Shown here one piece after another: positions 1-11,448 of a stretch of DNA of 64,000 nt (the stretch's first letter is position 1; every line of letters starts with the position of its first letter). The translations under genes were made by a program, and so were the position numbers. The notes under the pieces were generated by a model that was not told the origin of the DNA, ran no database searches, and was given only the letters and a program-made list of their open reading frames with translations. The DNA lies in the NCBI RefSeq assembly GCF_009914755.1, contig NC_060925.1; one strand, written 5' to 3'. Origin of the DNA: the human T2T-CHM13v2.0 reference genome, Homo sapiens.

Positions 1-17
1 CACAGACACACATGAAA
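1..17 (+). mobile_element. 3' end of the 5' LTR7
   Basis: CACAGACACACATGAAA matches the end of the 3' LTR (CACAGATGCGCATGAAA, 5444-5460) at 14/17. Confidence 0.93.
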
Positions 18-19
18 TT

Positions 20-37
20 TGGTGCCGTGACTCGGAT
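20..37 (+). promoter_or_regulatory. Primer binding site complementary to the tRNA-His 3' end
   Basis: TGGTGCCGTGACTCGGAT, 2 nt after the LTR end. Confidence 0.96.
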
Positions 38-160
38 CAGGGGACCTCCCTTAGGAGACCAATCCCCTGTCCTCCTGTTCTTTGCTCCGGAAGAAAGATC
101 CACCTACGACATCAGTTCCTCTGACCAACCAGCCCAAGGAACATCTCACCGATTTTAAAT

Positions 161-169
161 CCGGTAAGC
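161..169 (+). promoter_or_regulatory. HERV-H major leader splice donor
   Basis: CCG|GTAAGC about 145 nt after the LTR, the known position of the HERV-H donor. Confidence 0.85.
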
Positions 170-621
170 AGCCTCTTTTTACTCTCTTCTCCAACCTCCC
201 TCACTATCCCTCAACCTCTTTCTCCTTTCAATCTTGGCGCCACACTTCAATCTCTCCCTTCTCTTAATTTCAATTCCTTTCATTTTCTGGTAGAGACAAA
301 GGAGACACGTTTTATCCCTGGACCCAGAACTCCGGCGCTGGTCACGGACTGGGAAGGCAGGCTTCCCTTGGTGTTTAATCATCGCAAGGACGCCTCTGAT
401 TATTCACCCACGTTTCAGAGGTGTCAGACCACGCAGGGACACCTGCCTTGGTCCTTCACCCTTAGTGGCAAGTCCCACTTTTCTGGGGGAAGGGCAAGTA
501 CCCCAGCCCCTTCTCTCCGTGTCTCTACCCCTCTCCGCTTTTCTGGAGGAGGGTTAAGAACCCCTCAACCCCTTCTCCTTCACTCTTAGCGGCAAGTCCC
601 GCTTTTCTAGGGGGCAAGAAC

Positions 622-903
622 CCCCAATCCCTTATTTCTGTGCCCTGACCTCTTATCTCTGCACCCCAATCCCTTATTTCCATGCCCCAGCCTCTTATCT
701 CTGTACCCCATCCCTTATTTCTGCACTCTGACCTCTTATCTCTGTGCCCCAATCCCTTATTTCTGCACCCCGACCTCTTATCTCTGCACCCCGATCCCTT
801 ATTTCCATGCCCAGATCTCATCTCTGCGCCCCCATCTCTTATTTCCACACTCCGACCTCTTATCTCTGCGCCCCAACCCCTTATTTCTGCACCCCGACCC
901 CTT
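622..903 (+). repeat. 21-bp tandem repeat (about 13.5 units, two alternating variants) in the HERV-H leader
   Basis: Units CCCCAATCCCTTATTTCTGYR and CCCYGACCTCTTATCTCTGYR alternate. Confidence 0.92.
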
Positions 904-1099
904 TCTCGCTTTTCTGGAGGGTAAGAACCCCCGAACCCCTTCCCTCCGTGTCTCTACTCTCTCTTTTCTCTGGGCTTGCCTCCTTCACTATAGGCAATCT
1001 TCCACCCTCCATTCCTCTTTCTTCTCCCTTAGCCTGTGTTCTTAAGAACTTAAAACCTCTTCAATTCTCACCTGACCTAAAATCTAAGCATCTTATTTT

Positions 1100-2240
1100 C
1101 TTCTGCAATGCCGCTTGACCCCAATACAAACTCGACAGTAGTTCCAAATAGTCAGAAAATGGCACTTTCAATTTTTCCATCTTGCAAGATCTAAATAATT
1201 CTTGTCGTAAAATAGGCAAACTGTCTGAGGTGCCTGACGTCCAGGCCTTCTTTTACACATCAGTCCCTCCCTAGTCTCTGTGCCCAGTGCAACTCATCCC
1301 AAATCTTCCTTCTTTCCCTCCCGCCTGTCCCCTCAGTCCCAACCCCAAGCGTCTTTGAGTCTTTCTAATCTTCCTTTTCTACAGACCCATCTGACCTCTC
1401 CCTTCCTCCCCAGGCTGCTCCTCGCCAGGCTGAGCTATGTCCCAATTCTTCCTCAGCCTCTGCTCCTCCACCCTATAATCCTTCTACCACCTCCCCTCTT
1501 CACACCTGGTCCGGCTTATAGTTTCGTTCAGTGACTAGCCCTCCCTCACCTGCCCAGCAATTTACTCTTAAAAAGGTGGCTGAAGCTAAAGGCATAGTCA
1601 AGGTTAATGCTCCTTTTTCTTTATCAGACCTCTCCCAAATCAGTGAGCGTTTAGGCTCTTTCATCAAATATGAAAAACCCAGCCCGGTTCATGGCTCATT
1701 CGGCAGCAACCCTGAGACGCTTAACAGCCCTAGACCCTAAAAGGTCAAAAGGCCGTCTTATTCTCAATATACATTTTATTACCCAATCTGCTCCCGACAT
1801 TAAATAAAACTCCAAAAATTAAATTCCGGCCCTCAAACCCTACAACAACACTTAATTAACCTCACCTTCAAGGTGTACAATAATAGAGGCAGCCAAGTAG
1901 CAACATATTTCTGAGTTGCAATTCTTTGCCTCCACTGTGAGACAAACCCCAGCCACATCTCCAGCACACAAGAACTCCAAACTCCTAAACTGCAGCTGCC
2001 AGGGGTTCCTCTAGAACCTCCTCCCCCAGAGGCTTGCTACAAGTGCCAGAAATCTGGCCACTGGGCCAAGGAATGCCCACAGCCCGGGATTCCTCCTAAG
2101 CCATGTCCCATCTGTGCGGGACCCCACTGAAAATTGGACTGTTCAACTCACCTGGCAGCCACTTCCAGAGCCCCTGGAACTCTGGCCCAAGGCTCTCTGA
2201 CTCCTTCCCAGATCTTCTCAGCTTAGCAGCTGAAGACTGA
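1100..2240 (+). pseudogene. gag: HERV-H gag remnant (boundaries approximate)
   Basis: Zinc knuckle CYKCQKSGHWAKEC at 2035-2076 and second knuckle CPICAGPH*KLDC at 2104-2142; multiple stops. Confidence 0.85.
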
Positions 2241-2289
2241 CACTGCCCGATGGCCTCAGAAACCTACAGGACCATCACAGACGTTCTAG

Positions 2290-2600
2290 GTAACTCTCAC
2301 AGTGGGGGGTAAGTCCGTCCCCTTCTTGATCAATACGGAGGCTACTCACTCCACATTACTTTGTTTTCAAGGGCCTGTTTCCCTTGCTTCCATAACTGTT
2401 GTGCGTACTGACAGCCAGGCTTCTAAACCTCTTAAAACTCTGCAACTCTGGTGCCAACTCAGGCAATACTCTTTTAAGCACTCCTTTTTAGTTATCCCCA
2501 CCTGCCCGGTTCCCTTATTAGGCCAAGACACTTAAACTAAATTATCTGCTTCCCTGATTATTCCTGGGCTACAGCCACACCTCATTGCCACCTTTTCCCC
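2290..2600 (+). pseudogene. pro: HERV-H protease remnant, catalytically dead
   Basis: VGGKSVPFLINTEATHSTL...FLVIPTCPVPLLGQD; the DTG motif reads NTE (2332-2340). Confidence 0.88.
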
Positions 2601-2639
2601 CAGTTCAAAGCCTCCTTCACATCCTCCCCTTGTATCTCC

Positions 2640-4480
2640 CCACCTTAACCCACAAGTATAAGACACCTCTACTCCCTCCTTAGCGACCGATCATGCACCC
2701 CTTACCATCCCATTAAAACCTAATCACTCTTACCTCGCTCAGTGCCAATATCCCATCCCACAGCATGCTTTGAAAGGATTAAAGCCTGTTATCACTCGCC
2801 TGTTACAGCATGGCCTTTTAAAGCATATAAACTCTTCTTACCATTCCCCCATTTTACCTGTCCTAAAACCAGACAAGCCTTACAAGTTAGTTCAGGATCT
2901 GCGCCTTATCAACCAAATTGTTTTGCCTATCCACCCCATGGTGCCAAACCCGTATACTCTCCTATCCTCAATACCTCCCTCTACCACCCGTTATTCTGTT
3001 CTGGATCTCAAACATGCTTTCTTTACTGTTCCTTTGCACCCTTCATCCCAGCCTCTCTTTGCTTTCACTTAGACTGACCCTGACACCCATTAGGCTCAGC
3101 AAATTACCTGGGCTGTACTGCCGCAAGGCTTCACAGACAGCCCCCATTACTTCAGTCAAGCCCAAATTTCATCCTCATCTGTTACCTATCTTGGCATAAT
3201 TCTCATAAAAACACATGTGCTCTCCCTGCTGATCGTGTCCGATTAATCTCCCAAACCTCAATCCCTTACAAAACAATAACTCCTTTCCTTCCTAGGCTTG
3301 GTTAGTGCGGTCAGAATTCTTACACAAGAGCCAGGACCGCACCCTGTAGCCTTTCTGTCCAAACGACTTAACCTTACTGTTTTAGCCTAGCCCTCATGTC
3401 TCCATGCAGCGGCTGCTGCCGCCCTAATACTTTTAGAGGCCCTAAAAATCACGAACTATGCTCAACTCACTCTCTACATTTCTTATAACTTCCAAAATCT
3501 ATTTTCTTCCTCATACCTGACGCGTATACTTTCTGCTCCCCGGCTCCTTCAGCTGTACTCACTCTTTGTTAAGTCCCACAATTACCATTGTTCCTGGCGT
3601 GGACTTCATTCTGGCTCCCACATTACTCCTGATACCACACCTGACCCCCATGCCTGTATCTCTCTGATCCACCTGACATTCACCCCATTTCCCCATATTT
3701 CCTTCTTTCCTGTTCCTCACCCTGATCACGCTTGATTTATTGATGGCGGTTCCACCAGGCCTAATCGCCACACACCAGCAAAGGCAGGCTATGCTATAGT
3801 ACAAGCCACTAGCCCGCCTCTTAGAACCTCTCATTTCCTTTCCATCGTGGAAATCTATCCTCAAGGAAATAACTTCTCAGTGTTCCATCTGCTATTCTAC
3901 TACTCCTCAGGGATTATTCAGGCCCCCTCCCTTCCCTACACATCAAGCTCGAGGATTTGCCCCCACCCAGGACTGGCAAATTAGCTTTACTCAACATGCC
4001 CCAAGTCAGAGAACTAAAATACCTCTTAGTCTAGGTAGACACTTTCACTGGATAGGTAGAGGCCTTTCCTACAGGGTCTGAGAAGGCCACCGCAGTCATT
4101 TCTTCCCTTCTGTCAGACCTAATTCCTCAGTTTAGCTTTCCCATCTCTATACAGTCTGATAACAGACTAGCCTTTATTAGTCAAATCAGCCAAGCAGTTT
4201 TTCAGGCTCTTGGTATTCAGTGAAACCTTTATATCCCTTACAGTCCTCCGTCTTCAGGAAAGGTAGAATGGACTAATGGTCTTTTAAAAACACACCTCAC
4301 CAAGCTCAGTCACCAACTTTAAAAGGACTGGACAATACTTTTACCTTTTTCTTTTCTCAGAATTCAGGCCTGCCCTCGGAATGTTACAGGGTACGGTCCA
4401 TTTGAGCTCCTGTATGGATGCTCCTTTTTATTAAGCCCCAGTCTCATTTCAGACACCAGACCAACTTAGACTGTGCCCCC
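2640..4480 (+). pseudogene. pol: HERV-H pol remnant (RT with YxDD region deleted, RNase H, integrase)
   Basis: LVQDLRLINQ, VLDLKHAFF, LPQGFTDSPHYFSQA joined directly to QISSSSVTYLG near 3160; PDHA*FIDG; LLV*VDTFTG*VEAFP; IQSDNR. Confidence 0.92.
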
Positions 4481-4599
4481 CAAAAAACTTGTCATCCCTA
4501 CTATCTTCTGTCTAGTCATACTCCTATTCACCATTCTCAACTACTCATACATGCCCTGCTCTTGTTTACACTGCTGGCTTACACTGTTTTTCCAAGCTG

Positions 4600-4900
4600 T
4601 CACAGCTGATATCTCCTGGTGCTATCCCCAAACTGCCACTCTTAACTCTTGAAGTAAATAAATAATCTTTGCTAGCAGGACTATGCTGAATCTCCTTAGG
4701 CACTCTCTAATTAGATGTCCTGGGTCCTCCCAATTCTTAGACCTTTAATACCTGTTTTTCTCCTCCTCTTATTCCGTTTAGTTTTTCAATTCATACAAAA
4801 CCGTATCCAGGCCATCACCAATAATTCTAAATGACAAATGTTTCTTCTAACAGTCCCACAATATCACCCCTTACCACAAAATCTTCCTTCAGCTTAATCT
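4600..4900 (+). pseudogene. env: Residual env (TM/cytoplasmic end only; boundaries approximate)
   Basis: Hydrophobic WVLPILRPLIPVFLLLLF followed by FIQNRIQAITN; most of env is absent. Confidence 0.7.
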
Positions 4901-5043
4901 CTCCCACTCTAGGTTCCCGTGCCGCCCCTAATCCCGCTCGAAGCAGCCCTGAGAAACATCGCCAATTATCTCTCCATACCATCCCCCAAAATTTTCGCCA
5001 TCCCAACGCTTTACCACTATTTCCTTTTATTTTTCATATTAAT

Positions 5044-5058
5044 ATAAGAAGACAGGAA
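5044..5058 (+). other. Polypurine tract
   Basis: ATAAGAAGACAGGAA immediately before the LTR TG. Confidence 0.85.
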
Positions 5059-5460
5059 TGTCAGGCCTCTAAGCCCAAGCTAAGCCATCATATCCCCTGT
5101 GACCTGCACTTACACATCCAGATGGCCGGTTCCTGCCTTAACTGATGACATTCCACCACAAAAGAAATGAAAATGGCCTGTTCCTGCCTTAACTGATGGC
5201 ATTATCTTGTGAAATTCCTTCTCCTGGCTCATCCTGGCTCAAAAGCTCCCCTACTGAGCACCTTGTGACGACCACTCCTGCCTGCCAGAGAACAACCCCC
5301 CTTTTTCCTTTACCTACCCAAATCCTATAAAACGGCCCCGCCCCTATCTCCCTTTGCTGACTCTCTTTTCGGACTCAGCCCGCCTGCACCCAGGTGATTA
5401 AAAGCTTTATTGCTCACACAAAGCCTGTTTGGTGGTCTCTTCACACAGATGCGCATGAAA
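5059..5460 (+). mobile_element. 3' LTR7 (402 bp)
   Basis: Starts TGTCAGGCCTCT and ends CATGAAA; duplicated U3 block GTTCCTGCCTTAACTGATG; TATAAAA 5326-5332; GC box 5334-5344; ATTAAA 5397-5402. Confidence 0.96.
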
Positions 5461-5690
5461 CATACTATACCATTTATCCTTTTAAAATGTACTATCCGAT
5501 GGTTTTTAGTGTATTCAGGGTTGCTCTAATTTTAGAATTAGTATCTAATTAGATAATCAGTATCTAATTTTAGAATATTTCACCCCCAAAAGCCTCATTT
5601 TTATTAACAGCCACTCCCCCTTTCTTTCACCCCAGCCCCTGGCAAACACTAATCTACTTTCTGACTCTATGGATTTTCCTCTTCTGGTGT
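5461..5690 (-). mobile_element. Old L1 (L1MB-like) 3' UTR fragment that hosts the provirus insertion
   Basis: Motifs CCCCAGCCCCTGGCAAACACTAATCTACTTTCTG and CATTTATCCTTTTAAAATGTAC resemble antisense L1MB 3' ends. Confidence 0.7.
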
Positions 5691-5933
5691 ATTTCGCCTT
5701 TTCTTTCACAGAATTACACAAATTATCTCAACCCCAATCAGTCACCTGGCATGTTTCACTTGGGGATTCAAGTCAGAGCTATATCTCCATTAATAGGAAA
5801 AATGTATATTTAAAAATCTCTTTTAAGAGAAAATAATCTTGAGCTTATGGCTTAAAGAATAGTGTCTTATAAATGATGAAGCTTCCTTAGATGCGTTAAT
5901 TAATTTCAACAAATATTCACTGAGGCACTGAAC

Positions 5934-6355
5934 CAGTGGGTCTCCAGGTGTGGTTTTTAATGGCCTACATCACAACCACCTGGGGATACTTATTAAGGAT
6001 GTAGATACTTGGGATTTGCCTCACATCTACTAAATTAGATGTTCAGGGAAGGGGCAAGGGAATCATCATCTTTTTTTTTTTTTTTTTTTTTTTTAGACGG
6101 AGTCTGGCTGTGTCGCCAGGCTGGAGTGCAGTGTGATGATCTTGGCTCACTGCAACCTCCGCCTCCTGGGTTCAAGCGACCGGGTTTCACCATGTTGGCC
6201 AGGAGGGTCTAATCCTCTAACCTCGTGATCCGCTTGCCTTGGCCTCCCAAAGTGCTGGGATTACAAGTGTGAGCCCCTGCACCTGGCTGGGAATCATCAT
6301 CTTAACAGGGCCCCTGTGTGCTATTCTTATGCACACTAACATTTGCCAATCAGAG
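5934..6355. mobile_element. MER5-like hAT DNA transposon interrupted by an Alu and lying within an L2 end
   Basis: CAGTGG...ATCACAACCACCTGGGG...TTAACAGG...ATTCTTATGCACACTAA; L2-type TTCAACAAATATT upstream. Confidence 0.6.
6073..6288 (-). mobile_element. AluS (Sc-like) with an internal deletion
   Basis: Poly-T, both Alu ends present, 15-bp TSD GGGAATCATCATCTT at 6058-6072 and 6289-6303. Confidence 0.93.
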
Positions 6356-7170
6356 GTCCACCCTGTACTAAGGTCTGGGGGTAAAATAGATGATTAAGAC
6401 ACAGAATTTGATATCAGGTCATTTCAACACACTTAGCCTACACATTATGCCAATGATATTTTAGCAAAATTATATAAATACATTGATAGGGGAAGGAGCA
6501 CTGAAAGAAAAGATTCCCGGTGATCAACCACTTTCTGCGTCTTACAAAGTACTTTACAAATACTGTTTCTCTTATGAAGTGCATCACCCAGTACCAGTTG
6601 CTGTGACATATATGTTTCCCATATTAGACCTTGCACAGAAATACTCATATTAGCATAAATTTATTCATTTATTTAAGAAATGAATATCCATTGAGTTACA
6701 ACTATGTGTTCAGCCCTGCTAAGGCAGCAAACAAAATAAAGTCTCTAAACTGTAAAACTAAGGAAAGGAGAAGACCAATACAAGAAAGAAAGAACGCTGT
6801 GAATAGGGGAAGTCTTCCTGGAAAGACTAAAATGAACTCCTTCTCAGAGGATATGTAGGATTTGTGTGGGAACAAGTAGAGGCAACTCCTGTAGTGGAAG
6901 ATACATAATAAAAGTATGTATAGCACCAAAAAAAAGAAGCATTTGATTCAGGTTAGATCCAACCAGCAGTCAAGTATCTGCTGGTGTCTGGAATATATGA
7001 GAGAGGCTTGAAGAAAATAACTGGAGCAGGACTGTTATTATGTATTGGAGAGCCATGTAAGAATCTACAGACAGTACTGAAAATACCTAAGGAATGGCTC
7101 TTAACGGAGTGTGTCCTGATGAAAACTTAGTCACCCCAGGGGAAAATGCATCCATTTAACTCCAAGGGAA

Positions 7171-7263
7171 CATCTATACACCTATCAGCATCTATACATC
7201 TATCAGCATCTGTACATCTATCTGCATCTGTACATCTATCAGCATCTATACATCTATCAGCAT
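7171..7263. repeat. 18-bp minisatellite, 5 copies
   Basis: CATCTRTACATCTATCWG x5, one copy with an extra T>C variant. Confidence 0.95.
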
Positions 7264-7689
7264 GAATGAGCTTGAGCTTCCCACTCCGAAAGATCTGGGA
7301 AGCTAAATGACGGTCTCAATCCTCTGTATAGATAAGAGAGGGATGAGCGCTGGAAAACAAAGTGGTATCTTTGGTGCACTGATGGTGGAATTCACAACCT
7401 GCCGCTGCTCAAATACTGGCCCATAAGATTCTGTTCATTCTGCCACTAATCTGGCTATTTTCACTGCAGGTACCTCAGAATACGGATCTGAACATTAATA
7501 AGCAAGGAAAGAACAATAATGGTACACTAAGGTGCCAGCAGGCAGAGAGAGAGGGAGGAGAAAAACAAAAACCTAGATTAAGCGCATAAAAAATAAAAAT
7601 TTTGGAGGACACAGACCAGAACATGAGCATTAATGAGCATTTAGTGAGCTTCAAGTACAGTACAAAGACTTTATAGAAATATAAAACTA

Positions 7690-8068
<379 letters not shown>

Positions 8069-8099
8069 TTAAAGTACAGGGTCACAAATATGAAGAGAT

Positions 8100-8560
8100 G
8101 AAAAATGATACAGGAAACGTGAGAACTGGACGAGAGATCTGAGAGAACTAAGTGTGAATTGTAGGAGTTTCAGAGGGAGGAACAGAAACAGATGGATGAC
8201 TCAAAATAATAAAATCAAACATGTATTTTTGTTTTTCATTTGAACTGAAGAAAGAGCTGGGCCTTCGGACGAAATTGTTCAATGCACAATCCAGGCAAAG
8301 TTAATGACTTTTTAAAAAGGGTTGGAGAAATTGTGGAGCTTCCAATACAAAAATAAAAAGAAGTGTTTACAAGCTTCTAGAGACAAGAAACAGGTCACCT
8401 TAAAAAAGGAACAAATCAGACCAGTCACAGGCAACTAATTTGCTTCATCAGAAGTGAGAAAGTAGCAGAAAGCCACTCATAGAATATTGAGAAATTAGAA
8501 TTGTAACCTAATTATTTCGTTCCTAAACAAGATAGTAATCCCTGATAGAAGTAAAAAAAG
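8100..8560 (+). mobile_element. Ancient L1 (L1M/ME) ORF1 remnant
   Basis: Degenerate IVGVSEGG, KQVT and QIRPVT-like motifs in L1 ORF1 order. Confidence 0.55.
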
Positions 8561-8957
8561 ATGTACGTGGATGGTCTATGCTTTAGGGACTATATCATTC
8601 TTGTTCTTTGTGTAACCAACAAAATTATCCCAGGAAAAGTGGAGTCAAGGAGATGAACAATGGGGAGGGGTGGGGACAGACCGCAGGCTTCATATACATA
8701 TAATTAAAATGGATAATGAGACACTTGAGAAACGCAATAAAACAACCATAAGAGTGCTGAAAATTAATGAGAAACTCTTGAAATCAAATGAGTGTAAATG
8801 CTTAAAATTGAAAAGAAATTCTTGACATTGAAAGGAAAATCATAAAAAGAACCTGGGATTAAAAATATTAATGTTAAACTCTCCCAATTAAAACTCTGAG
8901 TTAAGGTGGGTGAAGGAAAAGAGAATTTTAAAATTCTCTTTCAGGTTGTGATGATGA

Positions 8958-9271
<314 letters not shown>

Positions 9272-9530
9272 TAAATACGTTCAAAAGAGCTCAATTTTAC
9301 CGGCGAGGTGACAAGCAGGGTAAAGTTCTTGTTAGAGAATAACTAGCACTTGTGTCCAGGTATAGTAGTGTGACTATAAGAGTTGATAGAAATGATGATC
9401 ACTCATTAAATAAAGGCAACAGTAAATATAAATACAAGTTGTTCAAGGTTTCATATTTTTAAAAAAGATGAAGACAAAAGAAGAAATTGGAGAGAAACAG
9501 GTAGATTTTGTAGCATAAGTAAAGATAAAA

Positions 9531-9690
9531 AGGGGGAGAGAAGCAGAAAGGATAACCATTGGGTACTGGGTTTAATACCTGGGTGATGACATACTATGTA
9601 AAACGAACCCATGTGACACATGTTTACTTATGTGACAAACCTTCGTATGTACCCCAAACCTAAAATAAAAGTTAAAAATAAAAAAGAAAA
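9531..9690 (+). mobile_element. Older L1PA 3' terminal fragment
   Basis: ATTGGGTACTGGGTTTAATACCTGGGTGATG...ACCTAAAATAAAAGTT followed by an A-rich tail. Confidence 0.8.
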
Positions 9691-10983
9691 GCAATTGAGT
9701 AAAATAATAATTTTGTATATTTATATACATATACAACATATATATGCGTGTATATACATATATGAGGGAGAAAGAAATGTCACATTGTTATAAACCAATG
9801 AAATTGGAAATAAAGTATTAAAAAAACAAGTTTTTTATTTTATTTAACATAATCGTATCTGCTTAGAAATGAAAAAACACAATACTTGATAAATCTTGGA
9901 TCAAAAAAGAAAATGCCCTCAATTTATAAAGCTACAGAGCAAAGAATGCATCTACCAGAATTTATATGACATAGCAAAACTATACTTAGAAAATTGATAT
10001 TGCCTTAAGTGTCTTTATAATTAAAGAAATTTTCTGTATTAAAATTTCTATCAGATTATAATTGTAAATATTTTAAATTGAATCAAATTCAAACAATATC
10101 CGTTAAGATTCATGATTTTCTGTTTTAATATTTAAAGGTAATCAGCTCCATCAGTTGAATAATTTCAGCAAGAGTTTTTTCTTAAGGCAAAAGAAAAGGC
10201 ATTGATAAAAATTCAGGATAGTAGAGTTTTGTATGAAAGCTGACATTCATTAGAATGTTAAAATCAGAACTCTTTACTAACTGGATAACTTTGTAAGTTT
10301 GTATTGCCCATTATGGACTTTGTATTGTTTCCTTTCTGTGGAACATCCATTCAATTTAAAATGAATCCAGTGGGGTACTCAAGCACAATAACAATTTTGC
10401 AATATACGTCAATGTTATTATTAATGTTTATGTGTGCAATGAGTTCACCTATCATTTTATTAGCTAAGCTGTAATTTTAAACATACTTCCTGCATATAGC
10501 CAAGGAAGGACTTTGATATGTATGTAGTTATATTCCTTCAAGTACACTCTTTCTTCAAAAGCTTTCTAAAACCAGTGCACAAACTAAACATGGCCAGCTG
10601 TTAAATGTATCTCTTAAATATTAACTTCTCCAGTTAAAATTAGCACAATACAGGCCTTACACATAAGAAGCTATCTCTGAGATTATTATCGTATACTTAA
10701 CTACATTGCTAACAATGGATGAGAGCTTAGCAGCTAATAAACCTGCTGTTCCAGCTATAACAAAGGCAAGTTAATGTATTTGAAAGGAGAGTGATAAAAT
10801 AACCAAGGCATCATAAACCTAAGATAAACAAAATCACCTAGTGGTGACTAATTAACGTAACACATGCAAATCTTCAATATTTTCACTGCTTGAAATCCCT
10901 TATAATGAATAATTGTATGAGACATTCATATATAAGGACTTCATTTGATTCTTTATATGAAATAAAGTTTCTTCTTCTGTTAT

Positions 10984-11448
10984 GTGAAAATAAAGCCCAC
11001 TCAAATGAGAACAAACAAAAGCTATTTATTCAGAGCTTGTTACAGCAAGAGAGTCAGCCACCATCACTTGCGTTTGGCAGAAGCTCACAAGCAGGCAGAG
11101 GAGAGGGAAAGCTTCATAGCGGAAAAAATAGAAGGCTTCAGGTGCACCCTGACAAGAGGTTGTTGGCATGGAGAAGCTGGAGGTGGGCAAAAGTAGAAGT
11201 GGGACTTCCTATGCGACTGGGTGGGGGAGCATATTTGGCTTTCTTTGGTTGGTTTTAAGGTGGAAGCAGGAGCAAAAATTATGGAAGCTGGCAGTTATTG
11301 ATTACTTGCATTTTTAGCTGATTGCTACAGAGGTTGTTGTCTGCCTTCCTGGACTGGTTGCTGCAAACTGTTTAATTTTTTAAATATGGTCAGAGTTCTG
11401 TTTTAAAATACGGTCTGGTGGTTATCTGTTTGCATATTTAGTCTCTCA
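10984..11448 (-). mobile_element. ERV1 solo LTR, MER67/MER31-like
   Basis: Minus strand begins TGAGAGACTAAATATGCAAAC...AGAACTCTGACC, with AATAAA near its far end; family name uncertain. Confidence 0.55.

Larger units (their letters stand above)
1..5460 (+). mobile_element. HERV-H endogenous retrovirus provirus (internally deleted type); 5' LTR mostly outside the window
   Basis: LTR end CATGAAA followed by tRNA-His PBS; gag zinc knuckles; protease, RT, RNase H and integrase remnants; PPT; complete LTR7; C/T-rich sense strand. Confidence 0.97.

Noticed and set aside
20-37. tRNA gene
   Set aside because: Only the 18-nt PBS complement; no cloverleaf
622-903. CRISPR-like array
   Set aside because: Contiguous units without unique spacers, no cas genes, primate context; the same applies to 7171-7263
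525-924. Repetitive ORFs (EIRDWG.., PLISAP..)
   Set aside because: By-products of the 21-bp in-frame VNTR; no coding evidence
2770-3072. Functional reverse transcriptase ORF (100 aa)
   Set aside because: Ends at a premature stop and the YxDD region is deleted
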